Below, one piece after another: positions 8,298-14,895 of a stretch of DNA of 64,000 bases. This stretch comes from Dehalococcoidia bacterium (GTDB taxonomy: Bacteria > Chloroflexota > Dehalococcoidia > Bin125). The notes under the pieces are model-generated. The model was not told where the DNA came from, made no database searches, and worked only from the letters and a program-made list of their open reading frames with translations. Every line of letters begins with the position of its first letter. Position 1 is the stretch's first letter. The position numbers were made by a program, and so were the translations under genes. Location: contig OY820591.1 in the NCBI GenBank assembly GCA_963555985.3, positions 1,280,001-1,344,000 on the forward strand, in the 5' to 3' direction.

Positions 8298-9534
8298 GGC
8301 CTCAGCATCAACGCCCGCCTCAGTTGTCCCAGACATCGCTCCGCTGGTGGAATTCCCACCAGATCAATCATTGCCGCTCCTGACGAGCATTTTCGAGCCG
8401 GAGTGGGTCAGTCATCTACTCCAAGAACGGCATGGCCGCTGGAATTCGGTTCCTTCCCTGTTGCAAGTGAGAGAGTTCAGCCATTCGCGCGGGAGAACAG
8501 CCCAGGTGACCTACGAGGCTCACTGGCCGGATGAGGAATTTCTTCCCTCAGAGATTTTTACGATCAAGGTCGACGCCGAGCAGCAAGTCGAAACGGTGCT
8601 CTTTCCCTATGACGACAGGCTGCCGGGTTTGGCTACGGCTGCTGATCCAGAAGGAGCCTTAAGCCTCGTCAACCGATATGTGCTTGCCGTCCCTGCACGA
8701 CGCACGGAAGTCGAACTCGTGCGCTATCGAGCTGGGAATCGAGCAGTGCTTCGGCAGCGTGTGGGTAGGGCCAGGTTTTTTGCGAGAGCAATGCGTCCGG
8801 AGGCTGTGCAGGCGCACCTGGCGTCTCGTGAGTTAATCATCGATTCAGACTTTGTGGTGCCGCGCTTGGCCGGTGTCTGGAACGAAGGCGCTGTGATCTG
8901 GATGTCGGAGATTCCAGGCCGCAGTCTCCGAACTCAGATCCGGCGCAGCAGGGCGCCAGATCCCATCAAGCTTCTCAACGGGCTGCAATCAATCTGGGAT
9001 TTGCCCGTGCCGCCCAATCACGTTTCGAGGTTCAGCCTCACCCGAGCTTATCGAAGAGCGAGGCGTGGGCTCTTGCACGAGAGTCGAGAGGACGAGGCGG
9101 TTCAGACTGAACTCGGAAGGGCCGTCGCCGTCTTGGACCCCTTTGTCGAGGCCTGGCGTCCGAGCGGACTGGCTCACAATGACTTCTATGACGATCAGTT
9201 GTTGACTCTGCGCGACGGCAGAATCTCGATGGTCGACTTTGAAGAGGCGGGACCGGGCGATCCGATGCTTGATGTTGGCAACTTCCTGGCTCACCTGCGA
9301 TGGGCGGTTCACTTGGGCCGCAGCAGATACGCCCAAGCTTGCGACCAGTATCACTCCGCTTTTCGAGAAGCCGCCCTGGAGCGATGGAGCTGGAACGCAT
9401 CTGAGCTCGATCTCCGAGAGGCAGTGTGCCTCTTTCGTGTATGCACGAATTCCGTTCGACACCCCCGCGCAGACTGGCAATCGCAATTGCGTGTCGGCCT
9501 CGGTCTCGTGAATGAGGTCATCGGCTCACGTTGA
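8272..9534 (+). CDS. Aminoglycoside-phosphotransferase (APH/choline-kinase fold) family kinase; start uncertain
   Basis: Brenner-type motif AHNDFYDDQL, metal-binding VDFEE and GDPMLDVGNFLAHL. Possible starts are GTG 8272 (overlapping the upstream gene), GTG 8347 or TTG 8371. Confidence 0.82.
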   Translation: MTTATTATRASASTPASVVPDIAPLVEFPPDQSLPLLTSIFEPEWVSHLLQERHGRWNSVPSLLQVREFSHSRGRTAQVTYEAHWPDEEFLPSEIFTIKVDAEQQVETVLFPYDDRLPGLATAADPEGALSLVNRYVLAVPARRTEVELVRYRAGNRAVLRQRVGRARFFARAMRPEAVQAHLASRELIIDSDFVVPRLAGVWNEGAVIWMSEIPGRSLRTQIRRSRAPDPIKLLNGLQSIWDLPVPPNHVSRFSLTRAYRRARRGLLHESREDEAVQTELGRAVAVLDPFVEAWRPSGLAHNDFYDDQLLTLRDGRISMVDFEEAGPGDPMLDVGNFLAHLRWAVHLGRSRYAQACDQYHSAFREAALERWSWNASELDLREAVCLFRVCTNSVRHPRADWQSQLRVGLGLVNEVIGSR

Positions 9535-9601
9535 TGGGTATCTCAGTCCCGGTTCGCGCCGCCCGCCCGAGCTGGGGCGACGGTGATATCGTGGCCTTCC
9601 C

Positions 9602-9676
9602 GCCCCCGTAGCTCAGGGGATAGAGCACCGGCCTCCGGAGCCGGGTGCGCAGGTTCGAATCCTGCCGGGGGCGCCA
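9602..9676 (+). tRNA. tRNA-Arg (CCG)
   Basis: GCCCCCG acceptor stem, anticodon arm CCGGC-CTCCGGA-GCCGG, T-loop GGTTCGAATCC and encoded CCA. Confidence 0.96.
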
Positions 9677-9709
9677 ATCTGAACCCGCGTCAGGCGGAGG
9701 AGGCGAACC

Positions 9710-10105
9710 ATGAACGACGATCAAGCCCAAGTCGATGCCGGAGCCATCGCCTTCGCCATGCGCTACCGCAATGACATCGCCGGCGACGAAGGTCTTTGCA
9801 TCGAAGTCCGCGCCGATGTGGACGGCGAAGACACCGAGTTGCTGCGCTTCGACTGCTTCCGCGTCGCGCCCCACTATCACTACGGGCCGCAGGCCGGCGA
9901 CGAGCGCCTGATGCTCGATCTGACCGCCGCCGGCGACTCGCTCGAGTGGACGCTGAACTGCTTCGAGCGCGGCCGCCTGCGAGCGATGATCGAGCGCGCC
10001 GGCTACCAGACGGTAGCGAATGCCTTGGACGAGGCCGAGGTCGCCGAGGCGCTCCCGCTCGTGGTCAGCGCCGCCCACGACATTGTCGAAGCGCAGCGGA
10101 GCTAG
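9710..10105 (+). CDS. Hypothetical protein with an RFDCFxxxPHYHY motif
   Basis: Strong RBS GGAGGAGG, 131-aa ORF with host-like codon usage. Confidence 0.75.
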   Translation: MNDDQAQVDAGAIAFAMRYRNDIAGDEGLCIEVRADVDGEDTELLRFDCFRVAPHYHYGPQAGDERLMLDLTAAGDSLEWTLNCFERGRLRAMIERAGYQTVANALDEAEVAEALPLVVSAAHDIVEAQRS

Positions 10106-10157
10106 GGCCTGTTCACACGAATCGAGCGTCCCTTCCCTTCACTCCTGCGCACTCCTC

Positions 10158-10249
10158 CGTCATACCCGCGCTTGCCGCGGGTATCTCGCCGTGAGCTGCA
10201 CCGTCGTTGCTCAGACGGTGAGATTCCGGTGGCAGAGCGCGGCAACGAC
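10158..10249. repeat. REP/REPIN-like palindromic doublet
   Basis: GTC-ATACCCGCG-CTTGC-CGCGGGTAT-CTC hairpin (10159-10187), followed by a degenerate inverted partner GAGATTCCGGTGGCAGAGCGCGGCAACGAC (10220-10249). Confidence 0.6.
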
Positions 10250-10447
10250 TGAGCAAGAGCGCGAGCGAATTCGGCGTCGGCAATCTGAACACGCCTTCAC
10301 ACTTGTTCAGAGCCGCTCGCGCACAATCGTTGCTCTACCTGCTAACGTGAGAACTCCAGTGCAATGTCACCAAGGGAGTCTGACCTGCCGTGCTCACCCC
10401 GCCCACCGGCAAACGCCTGCGCCGCGCTCCGGTCGATCGCCCGGACC

Positions 10448-10576
10448 AGCTGAACAAACCTGAACGCCGTGAACAGCCCCGAAATGCCCGATCTCCCATA
10501 AAATCCTGCATGTTCTCAATTACTCCTGCCTCGTTCGACGCCCGAAAAAATTTCACCCTGAACACCTGAACACCCT
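10448..10576. repeat. Dispersed CTGAAC-repeat element, copy 1
   Basis: AGCTGAACAAACCTGAACG ... AAATTTCACCCTGAACACCTGAACACCCT; matches 42964-43091. Confidence 0.8.
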
Positions 10577-10641
10577 GAATGCGCACACAACCGAGCGGAC
10601 ACCTGTGCCCCTCCTGTTCAGCGGGAAGCAGACAGACTCGC

Positions 10642-11472
10642 TCAATCAACTTCGTCGGTGCGCCACGTGATCAGCATCGCCCGAGACGGCGTTCGCCAAT
10701 TCGGTCGCCAGAGTTCGCCGGTTCGCTCATAGAGCCGATCGAGCGCCGCCCCGATGCGTTCGCGCGCAGACTGCTCATCCCGAGGCTCGAGCTCGCTGAG
10801 CGCAAACCGAATCGCGGCCTCCTCGTCTCTGGGCAGCCGCTCCGGCCAGGTGAACCGCTCCTCGAAGACGCGCACATCGGGCGCGATCCCCAGCTCCCAG
10901 ATCACCGGCAGCAACTCGCGAAAGCCGGGCGACGGCGCTTCCTCCACGCCAAACGCGATCCGAAAGAGGTCGGCATTGACATTGGGCGGCGGAACCGTCC
11001 AGGTCATGATCATCACCCGCCGCCGCGCAGATTCGTGCAGGGCGCGGACGAACGGCTCGATCCCGGAAATGAAATAGGTCACATCGACCGTCAGCAGCAG
11101 GTCGGCGCTGAGCGGCTCTGCGGTTGGCCAGCGCGAGGCGAGCGTGTCCGCGTTCTCAATCCCGTGCTCCTCCACGCAGATCTGGAACTGCCGCCGCATC
11201 GCCGCAGACGGCTCGACGTTCAGCAGCGAGCGCGCCCGCAGCGCGAGCGGCAAGCCCATCCGTCCCGCGCCGCCGCCCACTTCGATGATCTCGTCCTCCG
11301 CCCGCACGTACTCCAGCGCTGCGGCGAGCAGGGGTTCGGGCTGGCGCTGCGGATCGAAGCGGTATCCGGGAGCGTGACGCGCCCAGCGCGCTTCGGTCAG
11401 CGGCGTCGCCAACTCAGCCTGTTGACGCTCCCAAGCCAGTACAAGCTCGCGGTATCGGTCAGCTGCGCTCAT
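10642..11472 (-). CDS. Class I SAM-dependent methyltransferase
   Basis: IIEVGGGAGR motif I and VEPSAAM motif II. Confidence 0.8.
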   Translation of the reverse strand: MSAADRYRELVLAWERQQAELATPLTEARWARHAPGYRFDPQRQPEPLLAAALEYVRAEDEIIEVGGGAGRMGLPLALRARSLLNVEPSAAMRRQFQICVEEHGIENADTLASRWPTAEPLSADLLLTVDVTYFISGIEPFVRALHESARRRVMIMTWTVPPPNVNADLFRIAFGVEEAPSPGFRELLPVIWELGIAPDVRVFEERFTWPERLPRDEEAAIRFALSELEPRDEQSARERIGAALDRLYERTGELWRPNWRTPSRAMLITWRTDEVD

Positions 11473-12089
11473 TGGCTTTCCGTTCCCGCCCGCAGCGCCT
11501 CCAGCACCACGCTTCCACGCGGCGACAGCCGGTATCCGACCTCCAGGCTGATCGTGAGCCCCAGCGCCTTGAGCTTGCGCACGTCCGCCTTGAAGGGCGC
11601 AGTCTCGCGGCCTTGCGCCGCTGCCAGCTCTGCGGCTCGGCGTCCCGGCGCATCGTCGATCGCTTCGAGCGCCGCCAGCGTCCAGGGCCCGTGGCGCGAG
11701 CGAGCGTCCATCTTGGCCAGCCGAGTCGTGAGAGCGACGAGTTCGTCCTCGCGGACTTCTTCGTTTGCGGCGAGTTCGTCGCGCGGATTGGGCTGTTTGC
11801 CGAGATACCGAAACGCAACCCGATAGAGCGGCGCGTCCGGATCGGCGGATCGGCGCTGATTGGCGCGAATCGCTTCGAGCACGGCGGCGGGCGAATCGTG
11901 ACCGGCGGCGCGTGCGTCGGCCTCGCTGATTTGCGACGCCTCAATCTGGTCTACCGATGTGACTTCGATGATGCCGTCGCCGATGCGGTACTGACCGCCG
12001 GGACGCGCTTGGGGGCTGCGCCAGCGCCGAAACGTCAGCGTCCGCTCACCCTGTGCGATCGCTTCTTTGTCTTGCTGGCGAAACTGCAT
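11469..12089 (-). CDS. ASCH (PUA-like) domain protein with C-terminal HTH
   Basis: IAQGERTLTFRRW and ISEADARAAG (ASCH signature); C-terminal FKADVRKLKALGLTISLEVGYRLSPRG looks like a winged HTH. Confidence 0.8.
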   Translation of the reverse strand: MQFRQQDKEAIAQGERTLTFRRWRSPQARPGGQYRIGDGIIEVTSVDQIEASQISEADARAAGHDSPAAVLEAIRANQRRSADPDAPLYRVAFRYLGKQPNPRDELAANEEVREDELVALTTRLAKMDARSRHGPWTLAALEAIDDAPGRRAAELAAAQGRETAPFKADVRKLKALGLTISLEVGYRLSPRGSVVLEALRAGTESQ

Positions 12090-12175
12090 GACACGAGCTT
12101 TCCCAATCCGGTGTTAGCCTAGACCGTGGTGAGGCGCGATCGCGTTTCGGGACATACTCGCAGGCGGGAGCAGGT

Positions 12176-13012
12176 GTGGCGCAACGCGGATCGCAGCCAG
12201 GTCGAAGCGCTCGAACACGCCCCCAGCGCCTGGCGCGACGCCGGGCCTCCTCACGGGGATTCGATCGTGGCGGCGTCCGGCGCTCCAGGATCTTTTCTCG
12301 CCCCGTGATTGCCACAGTCGGGCTGATCTTGGCCGTCACCCTGATTGCCAGCTTGGCTGTAGTGGCGTTCGACAGCAACGATGGCCCGGCTCCGACGGCC
12401 GATCCGCCGCCGGTCAGACGCGCCGGTTCGGAAGTGGATATCGGCGCAGTCGAAGGCAAACCCAGCTGGGATGAACCGCCAGTGTTCGCTCTCTCCGATG
12501 GCGTCGATTACGGCGCAGAGATCGAGCTGGAAAACGGCGTGATCGTCAGGCTGGACCTGTTCGAAGCCATCGCTCCCGTGCATGTGAACAATTTCGTCTT
12601 CCTCGCAGAAGAAGGCTTCTACGACGGGCTGACCTTCCATCGCGTGATTCCGGGGTTTGTGGCTCAAGGCGGCGACCCAACCGCGACCGGTACCGGCGGC
12701 GCGGGCTACACGCTGCCGGATGAGCCGATCAACGAGGCGAATGAGGGCGAGCTGTCTCTGGACGCCGAAGGCGTCATCTCAATGGCCCGAGGCGCTCAGG
12801 GCGCATCGTCGTCGCAGTTCTTCATCACCTATGCGCCCCAGGGCCAACTGGATGAGCAGGGATTCACCGCCTTCGGAACGGTGATCTCCGGGATGGAGGC
12901 GCTGCACGCTTTCGACAGTCGCGATCCGGGCGCGATTCCGGCCCCGCCCGCAGGGCCGCGCATTGTCGCGATTCGCATCACCGAAGTCGGCGCTCAGACG
13001 AGCGCCGAGTAG
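12176..13012 (+). CDS. Cyclophilin-type peptidyl-prolyl isomerase with N-terminal membrane anchor
   Basis: Arg-rich N-terminus and TM helix; FYDGLTFHRVIPGFVAQGGDP, SMARG and SQFFI. Confidence 0.9.
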   Translation: MAQRGSQPGRSARTRPQRLARRRASSRGFDRGGVRRSRIFSRPVIATVGLILAVTLIASLAVVAFDSNDGPAPTADPPPVRRAGSEVDIGAVEGKPSWDEPPVFALSDGVDYGAEIELENGVIVRLDLFEAIAPVHVNNFVFLAEEGFYDGLTFHRVIPGFVAQGGDPTATGTGGAGYTLPDEPINEANEGELSLDAEGVISMARGAQGASSSQFFITYAPQGQLDEQGFTAFGTVISGMEALHAFDSRDPGAIPAPPAGPRIVAIRITEVGAQTSAE

Positions 13013-13041
13013 CAGCCGCTCAGCGGCGGAGGATCACACGC

Positions 13042-13551
13042 ATGGCCAAGCAGTACCGCCAGCGCCCGGAGATGGCGCTCAAAGAGGGCGCCACCTATTC
13101 GGCGACGATCGAGATGGAGGACGGCGGCAAGATCGAGTTGGAACTGTGGCCCGACATCGCGCCGGAGCACGTCAACTCGTTCGTCTTCCTGGCCCGCGAC
13201 GGGTTCTACGACGGCGTGACCTTCCACCGCATCATCAGCGGCTTCATGGCCCAAGGCGGCGATCCGACCGGCACCGGTACCGGCGGGCCCGGCTACAACG
13301 TGCCGGCCGAGTTCAACGACGCCGCGCACGTTGAGGGCGTGCTCTCGATGGCGCGGGCGCAGGATCCAAACTCGGCGGGCAGCCAGTTCTTCATCTGCAA
13401 CGCCGACGCAACCTTCCTCGACCGTCAGTACACGGCGTTCGGCAAGGTCACGTCGGGCATGGAAGTCGTCCACGCCTTCCCCGAGCGTGACCCGCAGCGA
13501 GCGCGCGAACCGGGCCCACAGATGAAGTCGGTCACGATCACCGAGAAGTAG
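13042..13551 (+). CDS. Cytoplasmic cyclophilin-type peptidyl-prolyl isomerase
   Basis: FYDGVTFHRIISGFMAQGGDPTGTG, LSMARAQDPNSAGSQFFIC; RBS GGAGG. Confidence 0.93.
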   Translation: MAKQYRQRPEMALKEGATYSATIEMEDGGKIELELWPDIAPEHVNSFVFLARDGFYDGVTFHRIISGFMAQGGDPTGTGTGGPGYNVPAEFNDAAHVEGVLSMARAQDPNSAGSQFFICNADATFLDRQYTAFGKVTSGMEVVHAFPERDPQRAREPGPQMKSVTITEK

Positions 13552-13571
13552 TTCCCCAACGAGCGCGCTCT

Positions 13572-13811
13572 GTGTCTCTCCAACAGCCCCGGATCCCGCC
13601 GATCGCAGTGGTGCTGCGGGTGATCTCCATCCTCGGCATGGGCCTCACCTTCTCCGGCTGCGTCCTCGCCCTGGTCGCAGCCGAGTGGTGGTGGGCGCTG
13701 GGGACGGGGATCGCGTTCGTCCCGTTCGTGCTCATGATGGGAATCGTCGATCGCCTCATCCCCGACATCTCCGAATGGGCGGCTCAGCAGCGGCCTCCGG
13801 CAGACGAATAG
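13572..13811 (+). CDS. Small membrane protein (2 TM)
   Basis: 79-aa ORF with two hydrophobic segments, co-oriented after the cyclophilins. Confidence 0.6.
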   Translation: MSLQQPRIPPIAVVLRVISILGMGLTFSGCVLALVAAEWWWALGTGIAFVPFVLMMGIVDRLIPDISEWAAQQRPPADE

Positions 13812-13857
13812 CCGCAGGCGCGCGGAGCCGCTGCACAGGAATGACCGGAACTGACCG

Positions 13858-14280
13858 CTAGTCGTCAATCCGAGCCGTGGCGGAGCCTTTGACGACTTCG
13901 GCTCCGTCCTGATTCACGGTCGAGACCGACAGGTCAACCAGGTTGACGCCGTCTTCCTCGCGAATCGCGTCGACGGTTGCGGTCGCGGTGAGCGTGTCTC
14001 CGGGCCAGACCTGCGCGACGAAACGCACGCCGTACTTGGTCAAACGACCATCGCCCACCAAGTTGGTGAGCATCTTGCCAGTCACGCCCATCGAGAGCAT
14101 CCCGTGCGCGAACACGGTCGGGTAACCGGCGATCTGGGTGGTGAAGATCTCGTCGGTGTGCAGTGGGTTGTAGTCGCCGGAAGCGCCGGCGTACTGAATG
14201 ATCTGGGTGCGGGTCAGGTTGTCGACGACGACTTCGCTGTGCTCGTCGCCAACGTTGATCTGGCTCTTGCTGAGCGGCAT
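13858..14280 (-). CDS. MaoC-family (hot-dog fold) dehydratase
   Basis: YAGASGDYNPLHTD and FAHGML hydratase motif; true start is MPLSKSQ at 14280 (RBS AGGAG). Confidence 0.9.
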   Translation of the reverse strand: MPLSKSQINVGDEHSEVVVDNLTRTQIIQYAGASGDYNPLHTDEIFTTQIAGYPTVFAHGMLSMGVTGKMLTNLVGDGRLTKYGVRFVAQVWPGDTLTATATVDAIREEDGVNLVDLSVSTVNQDGAEVVKGSATARIDD

Positions 14281-14311
14281 GGTGGTTCTCCTGAGCTCCA
14301 GTGTTTCCGGT

Positions 14312-14800
14312 CTACTCGACGACGCGCGAAGTCTGCACGCCCACCGAGCGGGCGGTGACGACCAGCACGCCGTCCTGGTTGTAGTACTCAGTGATCGACT
14401 CGCTGAAGCGTAGTTCGCCGCCGCGGCGTCCCTGGCGCGTCCACGAGTTGCCCGGCTTGTCCACGGCCTTGAGCACATCGCCCGGCTGGATCGGTGCGTG
14501 GTACTCGTAGTGCTGCTCGGCGTGGAAGCCGGTGCCGCCTCCGCCACCGCCGGAGGACTCGCGCTTGATGCCCGTAGGCTCCTTGCCCGAGCCAAACCAG
14601 GGCTGACCCGGTTCCGGTCGCAGGTTGTAGCCCTCGGTGAACTGCGCCGACGCCTGCACGAACGTCGGCGGTGGGATGACATGTCCCGGCTCGGTCTCGG
14701 CTGCCGCCTCAGCGTCGTGATAGATCGGGTTCGTGTCGCCGATCGAACGCGCGAACAGCATGATGTGCCCGGCTTCAATCGGGAAGTGATCGGTAGCCAC
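14312..14800 (-). CDS. MaoC N-terminal (HadA-like) dehydratase partner subunit
   Basis: FARSIGDTNPIY, PPPTF and HAEQHYEYHAPIQPGD; adjacent to MaoC. Confidence 0.85.
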   Translation of the reverse strand: MATDHFPIEAGHIMLFARSIGDTNPIYHDAEAAAETEPGHVIPPPTFVQASAQFTEGYNLRPEPGQPWFGSGKEPTGIKRESSGGGGGGTGFHAEQHYEYHAPIQPGDVLKAVDKPGNSWTRQGRRGGELRFSESITEYYNQDGVLVVTARSVGVQTSRVVE

Positions 14801-14895
14801 AAACGGTTCCTTTCACGTGCAAATGTCTTCGCGCGATAGCTTACCGGACAAGTGTCTGCGAGCATCGAGAGAGCACAAGGCATGGAGACGAGACC

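Noticed and set aside
8272-9534. Aminoglycoside resistance gene
   Set aside because: Only fold-level motifs are shared; the length, N-terminal extension and context differ from APH resistance enzymes.
7399-9676. Integrated mobile element at comM or tRNA-Arg
   Set aside because: comM is intact, there is no integrase, and I found no duplicated tRNA 3' end or flanking direct repeats. Only a compositional shift supports horizontal origin.
10335-10649. Short ORFs over the CTGAAC elements (also 43045..43278)
   Set aside because: Similarity is limited to the nucleotide motif, and starts, stops and lengths differ; better explained as a non-coding element.
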